From Podarcis bocagei (lineage: Eukaryota): a DNA stretch of 64,000 nucleotides. Below the pieces are notes generated by a model. It made no database searches, was not told the origin of the DNA, and saw only the letters and a list, made by a program, of their open reading frames with translations. The stretch lies in the NCBI GenBank assembly GCA_964188305.1, contig OZ076892.1. One strand, written 5' to 3'. The number at the start of each line of letters is the position of its first letter. The stretch's first letter is position 1. Shown here one piece after another: positions 26,129 to 39,074 of this stretch. Made by a program: the position numbers and the translations under genes.

Positions 26129-28461
26129 GTAAGTACTGCCTGGCTTCTTGGGCTTGGGGCTGCAAGCCTGCATCTGCCTTCGGTGTAGGTGGGGTGGGTG
26201 GACTTCTCTTCCTCAACGCTGAGGGCAGGCAGGCACGAAGAGTTTGTATTACTCAGCCAGCGAGACCTGCCTGGGCTCTGAGTTCAAATCCTGATCTCAT
26301 GCAAAACTATCTCCCAAGTCCAGCGATGCTTCTGCTGCCGGTGGTGCATTTCCAACCCTGGCTTCATTTGTTTCTCTTTCTCTTATTTGGAGGGAGGGTG
26401 GGAGTTGCTTTCCTCCCTATGTGGTTGGGCCGCTTCTGCTGGGCTCCCCTTGGAGCCTGCCTTGTCCCTGCTGCACCTGGGGGAGAAGGGGAGGTGATGC
26501 TAGGCAGCACAGGGGATGGAGAGAGCTTTTCCATGGTGGAGACACTTTGGGAAGCAGGTAGAAGTGGTTCTTGGCATGTAGAGCCACTGTAGAGCTTGGG
26601 ATGTGCCAAAGGAGTCAGGGCTCACTGATCTGATCCTAACACCCGGGGAAGGAGGGAAGTGTGTGTGCATGGGGAGAGGATGCTGCCTCCTATTGGACCC
26701 TGGGACAATTAGAACGAAACCAAGGGATGTCAACAGTCATTCTTTCCCTCCCCCTGCCCCCTACCTTTGCAAGGGAATTCAGAAGAAGCCCAGAGGGGCT
26801 GCAGGGGCCAAATGGGATCTGTGTTGCTGACACTGGACTCTGTGTGTGTTGTGCTCTTGTAAAAGGCCTAGCAGAAATGTTGTGGGAGGCCTCTGAACTG
26901 TCCAGCGGGTTGGGGGAGTCTGGAAGTCCAAACATCAGGAATTGAGAGCTTCTTTTTGAAACTTAGTGTGTGTTCGGTCAATTCTTCACCCCACCCAATT
27001 TGGGACTCAGGACCTTGGCAAGAGCAGCCCCAGGAGAGGCAGGGACTGCCTGCAAGGATTCAGGAGCTGAGAAACAGGACTGGATGGACTTGAGGAGAGA
27101 TGCTCTTGGATGCCAGGAGAGGGGCAGCTCTCACCAGGGGGACCCTTTGCAAACAGTCTCGAGAGAAATCATTGCAGCTTGGGTCAGCAATGCCACTGTG
27201 GGCTGCTGGGATCTTTGCCTGAGCATCAACAGTGTCAGCTGCTGCTGCTACTACTACTACTACGGAGGGCTGAGCATCCAGGGCTCACTGAACTGGGTCC
27301 CGGTGTCTGAGAGAGAGACAGATGTCAAGGTTTGGCTCTTGGCAGTCTTGCAGACCTAGTGCCCTTGTGGTGGTGGTGGGAGGTTGAAGAGGATGGACAG
27401 AAGCAGCTGTCAGAGTTCCCTGTAGCCAGACACCTGCTGGCCATCTGCCGGATCATCATGAGGAGCTTGATAGTTTTATGTGACCCTTTGCCCCTCCCTC
27501 AGCACTCATCCTGGGCAGGGAAAGACAGAGAGGGATGGCCCTGGGGTTAAGCAGGGAAGGGGCAGTGGTGATGCACCTTCTTGCTGTTTGGATCCTCGAG
27601 AGCACAGGCTACCACGGCTGTGGGTTCTTCTTGCTCTCTCGGGGTGGTGATGGGGGTGGGGGGTGGGGGGGTGGGAGCAGACTCTCTCCCTAGGAGTCAA
27701 CAAATCTGCTTTGCCCTTGGCTGATCCAGCACACACAGGCCAGGCTCCCTACCCAAGTCGCTGAGTCTCCAGGACAGCCCTGCTGGGGCTGAGAGGTCAG
27801 AGGAAGGGCCAGCTGTGTGGGGGCAGTTCAGGAGGGGGGCTGCACTGAGTCCCTCCCCACCTTTTGCAGGCCTGGCGTTAGGTTGCTTGCTGTGGTAGAA
27901 CCATCAGGGGCTTCAGAGCTGAAACGGGGGGAATGAGCAAGTGTTGTAGTGGGGTAGAGGTGAGCAGGGAAGGGTGAGAGAGGCTGTCCTGCTTGTGAGC
28001 TTGCAGAGGAAGGAGGTTATCACAGACTCTCATTCATGGGCACCACCTCCCTCTCTAAGAAATGGGCACCTAAGGCTGGGCCCCTGAGGCTGGGAGATGA
28101 GCTGCGCCTGAGCCAAGGGGGTGCTGACTGGCATGCAACTTGTGTTCCCCTAGAGGAGGAGGAGAAGTGGTCCCCAACCTGAGACCTTCCAGATGTTTGA
28201 GACTCCAGCTCCCATCAGCCCTAGCCAGTGGAGTAGAGGGTACCTCCAGCTGGAAGGGTGCCAGGTGGGGGAAAGATGGATGAGGGGCAAGACTGAATTC
28301 CTTGTGGGAAGAGGCTGGCGTGTCTTGGGCCTCTTCCTTGCAAGACTTGGAGGCACTACTCTCTGCTGTGACAGGGAGCATGTCGGAAGACCCTGGCATG
28401 TCAGGCTCGTCCCATCTGAGCCTGGCTGCTGTGTGTCTGCTGGTTCTGGATTCCCCATTAG

Positions 28462-28626
<165 letters not shown>

Positions 28627-29106
28627 TAGGCTTGGCTTCCTTTTTCTGGCTTGCACTCCGGGACTCCTGTCTAGTAGCCTTGGGGCAACTGTGAGGTCTC
28701 TTCAGCCTGCAGAGGGGCATAGGAAGCCTGCAAGGGGTCTCAGGCTGTCCACCAGGCCCCACAGATGGACCTGAGTTGCATCATTCCCAGCGGCTGAAGG
28801 AATGTTCCTCCTGGGACAGGCAGGGGAGGCTCCTTCTCAGGCCCTTGGGCATGTGCCCTGAGTTCCAAGCCTGGTGAGCAGGCAGAACGACTGTGCCCAG
28901 CAAGACTGTCTCTGCCTGCTCCTGGTTCCTGCCCAAGGCTGAACTGGAGCTAGCATACTGGGCACGGGTGGGCTCATTTTGTGAGCTGGGTTGAGGCCGC
29001 CAGGAGCAGAAGCTGCCGCTGCCTCCTGCTGCAGTGGGTGGGTCTGGGCAGGGGAAAGAGATCAGGCCAAGGTGTGTGTTGCCATTGAACTTCTTACTCT
29101 GCTCAG

Positions 29107-29235
29107 GATGATCCAGGAGCCAGCGCTGCCACCTGGCTGGGAGATGAAGTATACAAACGAGCGGGTGCGTTACTTTGTGGACCACAACACCCGCACTACC
29201 ACCTTCAAAGACCCCCGTCCCGGGTTTGAGTCAGG
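29107..29235 (+). CDS. WWP2: WWP2 exon 13 (WW4); ATG at 29108 corresponds to the WWP2-C start
   Basis: [43 protein letters not shown]; 129 nt. Confidence 0.97.
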
Positions 29236-29597
29236 GTAAGTCCCTCCGGTGTGGCGCTCTGCCCTCTCGGCACCACCCAGCATAGCCTCCAGGTTCCTGT
29301 GGGTTTCTTCCCAGATGGAGGATTCCTTGTGAGGAGGGATTTTTGGCCATCTGACCCTTGTTTGCCAGCCAGGCTTTGAGGGGTGGTGCAGTGCATTGTG
29401 GGAGCTTTTAGGACCTTCCAGATACAGTCAGTGCTGAAGATTGTGGGATATCCACTCTGTGTTCTTGGAAGGTATCTAATGAATCTGGAATGTTCACACA
29501 AACTTAAACTGTGGGAGAGAAGGAAACCAGTCAGTCTCAAGAGCCAATAAATGTGAATGTGGCCAGGGCCCCACTAAGGCCATGTTTACTGTTGCAG

Positions 29598-29676
29598 GAG
29601 TAAGCAAGGTGGGTCACCTGGAGCATACGACCGAAGCTTTCGCTGGAAGTTCCACCAGTTCCGCTTCCTTTGCCAT
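29598..29676 (+). CDS. WWP2: WWP2 exon 14 SKQGGSPGAYDRSFRWKFHQFRFLCH
   Basis: gcag acceptor, gtgagt donor, 79 nt. Confidence 0.95.
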
Positions 29677-29855
29677 GTGAGTTGCTCATTCACCATGTTC
29701 CCAGCAGGGCAGGAGGAGAAAGCTGCGAGATTCCCAGAAAATCTGTGCCTCCCGGTGGCGGGCGGGGGGTGGGGACGAGGATGCCCAAACCTAGACAGGA
29801 TGCAGGGACCGAATATGGGTCGTTGGGCCTCTCACAACCTATATCTCCTTCACAG

Positions 29856-29927
29856 TCCAACGCGCTGCCCAGCCATGTCAAGATCAGTGTCTCTCGGCAA
29901 ACACTCTTCGAAGATTCCTTCCAGCAG
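29856..29927 (+). CDS. WWP2: WWP2 exon 15 SNALPSHVKISVSRQTLFEDSFQQ
   Basis: 72 nt, GT-AG. Confidence 0.96.
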
Positions 29928-29935
29928 GTGACTGA

Positions 29936-30127
<192 letters not shown>

Positions 30128-30446
30128 TGAGTTGGCACAGCACAGTGGGGTGGTAGATTCAAATTTCCACCCTCCCTGGTCCTTTGGGATTTATCCCACC
30201 CTGGGAAAACTGCTGAAGCAGCAGTGTGGAGGTGACTCAGGACATCGGGGTGGGATCAACAGGGCCTGGCCTTCTGCAGAGAGCATGAGAGGGTCCCCTG
30301 GTTGGCTGGCTGTGCAGCCTGAGACCTGAGAGGCCTCCTGGTGGCCTCCTCTGCGGAGCTTCGAGTCCAGCGTGTTCCAGACGGGCTGCCACTTCGGCTC
30401 CAGACGGCAGCCACTCCCGCCCTGCAGGAGCTTCTGACGCATCTCC

Positions 30447-30528
30447 CTGTGTCCTGCCAGTGGTTTTACCCTATGGTAGGTTACGTCATGCTGTTCTACC
30501 ACAGGGTAGAACCACGGACAGGATGCGG
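30447..30528 (+). ncRNA. MIR140: miR-140 precursor hairpin (5p 30458-30479; 3p 30497-30517, or 30498-30519 isomiR) in WWP2 intron 16
   Basis: Exact mature sequences CAGTGGTTTTACCCTATGGTAG and TACCACAGGGTAGAACCACGG with complementary arms and lower stem TCCTG/CAGGA; known host intron. Confidence 0.98.
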
Positions 30529-30652
30529 GGGCTCTCTGCACCAAAGGAGGGAGATAGCCAAGAGAGAGCAGTGATTGTGGCTGCCGAAGGAGCGTGTGTG
30601 CGCAGGCCCCCGCCCACCCTTACGCAGGACGGGTGACAATGGTTGGGCCTGA

Positions 30653-30985
<333 letters not shown>

Positions 30986-31132
30986 TGACTGCAAAATCAT
31001 TGGCGGCTGTGCTTTCCATAGCATTTGCGCAAGCTATGCCACTTGCATTTCGTGGGTGCTTGCTCACAGTGTAGACAACTTGTTCTCTAAACTCAGGTTG
31101 CCAACCAAGAAGTGCAGGTCATTGCACAGCAA

Positions 31133-31324
31133 GGGCCATAGCTCAGTGGCACTGTGTCTGCTTTGTATGCAGGAGGCCCCAGGTTCAATCCTTGGCATCT
31201 CCAGGTGGGCTGGGAAAGAGTCCTGCCTGAAAACTTGGAGAGCTGCTGCCAGTCAGTGGTGACAGTACTTTGCTTAGGTGGGCCAGTGGTTTGTCTTTGA
31301 ATAAAGCAGCTTCCTGTGTTCCTA
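31133..31324 (+). mobile_element. tRNA-derived SINE (Squam3-like)
   Basis: tRNA-like head with A box ATAGCTCAGTGG and B box GGTTCAATCC, body GGAGAGCTGCTGCCAGTCAG, tail CTTCCTGTGTTCCTA; related copies at 51925 and 53258. Confidence 0.65.
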
Positions 31325-33471
31325 TGAAGCTGCTTTAGGTCAAATCAGGCCACGGTTTGATCTATCCAAGTATTGCCCAGCCCAGCCTGGTGCCCTCCAG
31401 ATGTTTCAAAGTGCAAGTCCCACCACCCCAACCATTGGCTGTGGCTTATGAAGGGCACCAGGTCGGGGAAAGCTGCTGTGCTGGCTGGGTTTCAGACAGG
31501 AGAGAGGAATCCATGCATCTAGCAAAAAAAAGTCCTCAAAAGCTCTGTGGGCCGCAATAAATCTGTTGGTTTTTACATTGTCACAAAGGTTCTTTGTTGC
31601 TTTTTCTTCAGGAAGCTAACACAGCTACTACCTCTCTGGGATTTGATATTGAGCTATAGTACTAGTGGCATTCAGGAGAGGCTACTGTGAAATCTTCGGG
31701 AGCGATGCATCAAGTGTTTGCTCTTAACGATCTTTGAGGTGAAAGGGAGGCACCCCCCTCCTCTCCCAGTAGCACCCATTGCCATTAGCGGCCGCTCTGC
31801 AATGTTCATCCTGTCCAGTTCCACCCACCTCACCTGGCCAACCAGTGCTCTGGCAGCATTTTGCTTCTGGCTGTGCTTCTATTTCTCCACTGTATTCTGG
31901 CCATTCGTGGATCACGTGGGGAAGGACATGATGGTGTCATGGCACTAAGTGGCTGAAAGCAGCTTTGAACTCTGGTTAAATTGGGGTGGGGGGGATGTCT
32001 GTCGCCAAGGCAACCCTGTTGCGCGTTGGCCTGGTTCCTTTGGCAACAGGGACATATTTCTGCCCCTCCAACAGTTTTGCTGGGAAAAGGTGTACACAGG
32101 AAAGAGAAATCATTTTTTCCCCTGGAATAAAAAAAGAAAGGGAGTTTTGCAGAGTGGGAATCAAAATATTTGCGTTCTTCAAAACTAAATTTAATTCTGT
32201 GGCCAAAGACGGCTTTGTATCCATTGAGTTCCGAAATGGCACGTAAAGTCTCCTGTTCTGACTTTGTTGAGCAGAAAGGAAGCAGCCAGGAAAAATGGAT
32301 CAGGTCAGGTGGCCTCTTTGTGACAAGAGTGTGTCATGGAACACTTTCTTCCCTTGTTTTTCCAGAGTTCTGTATTTTTGTTTCTTAGCAGAGAAAGGAG
32401 TGTAACTCCCCCCCCCCCGCCCTTGATCCTCCAGGCAAAAGGGGAGGAGAACTTGGGCCTTTGGCCTGGCCTGAGAATTCTACAGGAGGAAAACGCAGCT
32501 GCCCACACCCAAAGAAAGGGGCTGCTTGGGAATTACCCCCCCCCCAAGTGCTCTAGAGGGCAGGCACTGCCCCTAGACCGAGTCTCGGGGCCTGATCCCT
32601 GGGTGGGCTTGCCCTCCTTTGGCCTTTGAAAGAGCAGGAAGAACTTTTCCCCATGGTTTCCCCTCCTGGCTCCCCCTTCCCCTCCAAACCCTAGACTATT
32701 ACTCACCACCAGGCTGGTCTTTTCCAGACGCGCAAAAGCGTCTGCGTTATTCTTGGCTCCCAGAAGACCGTTCTGTGGCCGCGGAGTTTTGATTAAACAA
32801 ACGTTGCTCCAGAGCTGTTTGGGGAGCAGGCTGGCTGCCTTGCCTCCCCAGAGGGGGACATTTGGGTACCCGCTGGAAAGCAAAGTGTAGTGGGGGGAGC
32901 TAACAGTCCCTGTGGCTCTCAGCCTTCAAAGCTCTTTGTTGCTTCAGGCGCAGGTACTGCCGAGTGCCACCAGAAACATAAGGACCCTTCCTTGGGTCAT
33001 CTAGCTGAGTATCGTTGTACACGGGCCGGCAGCGGCTTTCCTGGATTTCAGGCAAAGGTCCTTCCCAGCCCTGCCCAGAGATGCCATTAGGGATTGAATC
33101 AGGAACATTCTGCATGCCAAGCAAGGGCTTTCCCACTTATGGGTCCTTATTGTTGGCAAAGGAAGAGAGGGCTTTCTTCTTGGTGACACCTTAGCTGGAG
33201 TGCACCTTCCTAAAGAACCATGCCTAGCACCCATTTTGTTGCCTTTTAGGCATCAGGGTAAGGCACCCAATTCTCTGGGCATTGAAATGAGTTGTGTTTT
33301 AAAGACTAGAAATGGAGTCCACACAAACACAACCACTACGCTACTTTATGTGATTTTTGTTGTGTTGTCGGCTGGGATTTCTGTGGGACTTGGATTCCAA
33401 ATGAACACAGGGCTAAATGTTTCTGGTATATTGGCACCTTAAATTAAAAAAAGAATAACCTTGGAGCCTAG

Positions 33472-33894
<423 letters not shown>

Positions 33895-34603
33895 TGATCT
33901 CATAGCACCCAGCATTGCAGCCCCGCCCCTCCTATTGCTGTCGCTTGGCACCTTGCCCAAGTGTGCAGCGTTTAGTTGTTCTCATCTTCTGTGTTTCATG
34001 TAAAAGCAGGAGGGGCAGTCCGCCAGCCCAGGGGCCAAATGTAGCCCTCCAGACCTCTCTGGGAGGTTCCCCACAAGGGGAAGTGACCCTCCAGCTGAAA
34101 TAGGTCCCACCCTAAAGAGGGAGGGTGACAAACAACACAGAGCAAAGGGGCAAAGCAAAATATTTTTTTTAAAAAAAAGATATTTATTACAATTTTTAAA
34201 ACACCAAACATACAAATTACCATCACCATATAACATACAAAGAAATAAAGTAGAGTTATAGAGTAAAGAAAAGATAGAAAAAAGAGAATACAGATAAGAT
34301 AGGGGCAAAGCAAAATAGCCCCCTAGAGAAGAGACCTTGATCTGAATGTTGCTGTTATAATGAGCAGAAGAGGGAGGATGAAACTGGCGGGGGCTGCTTG
34401 TGGCACAGCGCCAAGGAATTGTGGTTTGCAAACCAAATTAGGGCTGGGGATGCTGAGAGCCGGTCTTGTTATATCTTCTGGGGGGGAATTAAGCTACTGA
34501 GACTGCAGGGGCAGTTTTGTCTGTCCCAACTAGGGACGCCATGCACGCCTGGGACTCGGGATATCCTGCCATCTACAGCAGCCACTCGGCCTGTGATCTT
34601 TAG

Positions 34604-34849
<246 letters not shown>

Positions 34850-34855
34850 TGAGTT

Positions 34856-35266
34856 CATAGAATCATAGAATCATAAAATCATAGAATCCTAGAGTTGGAA
34901 GAGACCACAAGGGCCATCGAGTCCAACCCCCTGCCAAGCAGGAAACACCATCAGAGCACTCCTGACATATGGTTGTCAAGCCTCTGCTTAAAGACCCCCA
35001 AAGAAGGAGACTCCACCACACTCCTTGGCAGCAAATTCCACTGTCGAACAGCTCTTACTGTCAGGAAGTTCTTCCTAATGTTTAGGTGGAATCTTCTTTC
35101 TTGTAGTTTGGATCCATTGCTCCGTGTCCGCTTCTCTGGAGCAGCAGAAAACAACCTTTCTCCCTCCTCTATGTGACATCCTTTTATATATTTGAACATG
35201 GCTATCATATCACCCCTTAACCTCCTCTTCTCCAGGCCTTAACCTCCTCTTCTCCTCCTCTTCTCC
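34856..35266 (-). mobile_element. Young 5'-truncated CR1 LINE
   Basis: (CATAGAAT)n tail; intact ORF2 C-terminal frame MIAMFKYIKGCHIEEGERLFS...FKQRLDNHMSGVL; near-identical to 60810-61010. Confidence 0.93.
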
Positions 35267-35631
35267 AGTTCCTGGTCCTCGCTTTCCTGAGGCTTAGAGG
35301 TGCTTCGAGAAGCAGCTTGGCCAGAGGCTCTTTCATTTTGCATGCCATTTGGCTCCAGGAATTGCCTCTTTGCTGGGCTGCGGATCAGGAAGTTTGGTAG
35401 GCCACGAAATTAAGCTCTGCACTCTGCTGTTATGCTCACCAGCTAGCCTTGGGCATTTGGTGCTCAGTTCCCCATCTGTAAAATGGGAGCGTTGTGGACC
35501 AACTTCACTGGCTGATTCTGAGAATGAATGCGATACAGATGATAAGGCATTTGGGATACTCAATTGTGGTGTATGTGTTCATTAATCCATGAAATGCAGG
35601 AAATAGGGTCCTCCCAAAATCACGTAGCTGA

Positions 35632-36030
<399 letters not shown>

Positions 36031-36405
36031 TAAGGCTGCCACTCCTTGCGAATACGAGACCTCTGACTGTTAAATGACTGTCAGTGGAACAATTATTGAG
36101 AGAAAGGGACATTTCAGAGGGACCTTGGTATTTACTCAATTTGAATTTTTTAAAAAAGTTCTAATTGAATCTCCCCACTGCCCCTTGTCCTCTGACTAAT
36201 CAGGAAGTAAATCTTGTAAAAAACACACACATATTTTAGCCCAGTGTGTCAAGTAGGCAGGTCAAGTTTAGCTTCCAGTTTGCAAGATGCCCAAGTTCCG
36301 CAGCCGCACTCTCAAAATGATAGAAGCCTTGCCTTGGTGGGTCTTGCCTCTGGACTCTCCCGGTGACCCGGGCTGGGGCCCCTCTCGCCTTCTCCTCCCT
36401 TCTAG

Positions 36406-36666
<261 letters not shown>

Positions 36667-36804
36667 TGACGCAGGACCTGTTTGCAGGACCTTTTAGTTC
36701 TGAGGATCTGACTTCCAACCAGATGTCTCTCCCCACACTTAGCTGTCATTGCTATTAACACAGTCAGTGTTGCTTTGGGCAAATCCATGTCGCTGAGAGT
36801 CTGA

Positions 36805-37020
<216 letters not shown>

Positions 37021-37285
37021 TGACTGTGGGAGAGCTTCATGGTGGGGGGAGGGTTGTGTGGTTTTGTCTGTCAGGCTTGGAGCAGGGCTATGGGGGCACG
37101 TGGAAGTTGTTTTGAGCCTGTTTGGTTGCCTTTGCTTGTGCTGAAGGAACTCAGCTCAGTCTACTTCTCAGCTCTAGTCTTAGAGGTGGGGTGTGGTTGC
37201 TAAGATGATTCGCAAGCCAGTTTGCATTTGAAGTGCAACTGTGTGTTCTTGTCACACCCCATGGGTACCTTTTGTGGGTTTCTGA

Positions 37286-37381
<96 letters not shown>

Positions 37382-37459
37382 TGAGTTTGTCTGCTTTGGC
37401 CCTTCCTGCCCATGCTTTGGATGGGTGGGAGGGCACTTCCTTTCCTTTCCCCCTGCTGA

Positions 37460-37585
<126 letters not shown>

Positions 37586-39068
37586 CTCCAAAGAGACCCT
37601 CCTGGGAAGCCATCCTGAATACCTGGAAATGGAGCCAAATCTCCAGGAAGGAAGGAAGGTGGAAGGAGGTGGCTTTGTGGAAGAGGGATTGCCCAGGCCT
37701 AGATCTTGTGGTTGGAGAATTAGAGGCTGCAGAAGGTGCTCCCCTTCTCTGCCCCCTTCCCCCCCAAAAAATATTCAGTTGCTTTCCAGCAGAGCAGTGG
37801 CTGCAAGTGGTATCCACCTCCTTCCCTGTGGATTCCTTGTACCAGTTTCTGAGCTATGCAGCCATTCTGCCCCACCTATGGGCCTCATGGGCTTTTGTTG
37901 TAGCTGCCTTTTAAAGCAATCCAGACCCACCCACCCCCACTGGTACCAACCCACCAGGACATCCTGAACATTATGTCAAGGCATTCTGCACAGGAAAAAA
38001 GAGCACTTTTGAGAATTCCCCCCTTGCCAAGGACACTGGAGTGTGTTGCAAGCCCCTGCTCCAGATAGCTGCTGGGGATCGGTAGAGATGGGTTTAGATC
38101 GGTAGAGATTGGTCTAGAGGCAGGATTTCCTACAACTTTCCTAAACCCACCTCCTCTTTCCTGAGGCCTTTTCCCACTCCCTGTGCTGGTAGGTGAGGCT
38201 TCTGTGCCCTGCAACCATGCTGGTTTTCTGCTGAGAGCAGTGGGCAGGATTTGGCCCACATCCCAGGCTCCTCTCCTCCCCAAACCCATGAAGCAGAAGA
38301 CAGGGCAGGGCCCCAAGCAGTCCCCAGCTGTGTCATGGAGCAGGATCTGGGCTGTTCAAAGCAGCAAATGGGTACCCCACTCAACCCCAAAGGCTATAGA
38401 CAAAGAGCCCTCAGGAAGAGAGAGGGTGGCCTTTGGCCAGATTGCAGGGGAGGCCAAACCAGCCTTCAGCCAAGCATGGAGAACCTGAGTCTCCTGATCT
38501 GAGCTGTTCCAAGTCTTGTTGGAAGTGGGGCATCTTCTTTTTCTGGAAACATTGGTGCCCAGTGAGCTGCAAGATTGTAGGGAGAAGCCTTCACCTTGAA
38601 TGTCTACAAAACACGTTATCCCAAGTGCAGAACTCTGAACTTTTTTGCACTAAAAGGCAGGAAGAAGGGGCAGGGGGCGAACCAGAAGAATCCCCTGTCT
38701 TTATTTCTGGATGGTTTTTTTTTAAAAAAAAAATCCTCTGATTGGAGTATGTGTGGCTGGCACACCCTGAGAACAGGGACCAGATGCAAGAGTGGGAGTG
38801 GCATACGTCTGCGTGTGTGTCCTATGGCTACATGGCGGACGGTGGGGATGCCTCAAGCCTCCACAGCAAGGTGTATGTCTGCATATGAGAGCTGGACTGT
38901 GTGTGTGTGCGCGTGTTCGTTTGTTTGTAAGTAAGTGTGTATATAAAATGTGTATAAAAATGTGTATATAAATGTCTGTGGATACAAAGAATTGCAATAG
39001 CTTTTGATGGGGATCCTGGATAGTTTTGTACTGCATCATCCTGCCTCAGTGACGCCAATTTCTTGTGC

Positions 39069-39074
39069 AATAAA
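39069..39074 (+). terminator. WWP2: WWP2 polyadenylation signal AATAAA (3'UTR about 1.5 kb)
   Basis: First AATAAA seen after the stop, preceded by TGTA elements and followed by a GT-rich tract. Confidence 0.75.

Noticed and set aside
27641-27675. G-run tracts able to form G-quadruplexes (also near 40077)
   Set aside because: Poly-G/C runs are common throughout this GC-rich gene; nothing singles these out.
29122-29140. CTCF-like sequence in WWP2 exon 13
   Set aside because: Mismatched core, explained by ALPPGW codons.
31133-31200. tRNA-like sequences with A and B boxes (also 41465, 51925, 53258)
   Set aside because: SINE heads followed by SINE bodies; no intact cloverleaf.
34895-35176. Duplicated ORF MEETTRAIESNPLPSRKHH, also at 60756-60989
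   Set aside because: Antisense reading of CR1 3' ends, not a gene duplication.
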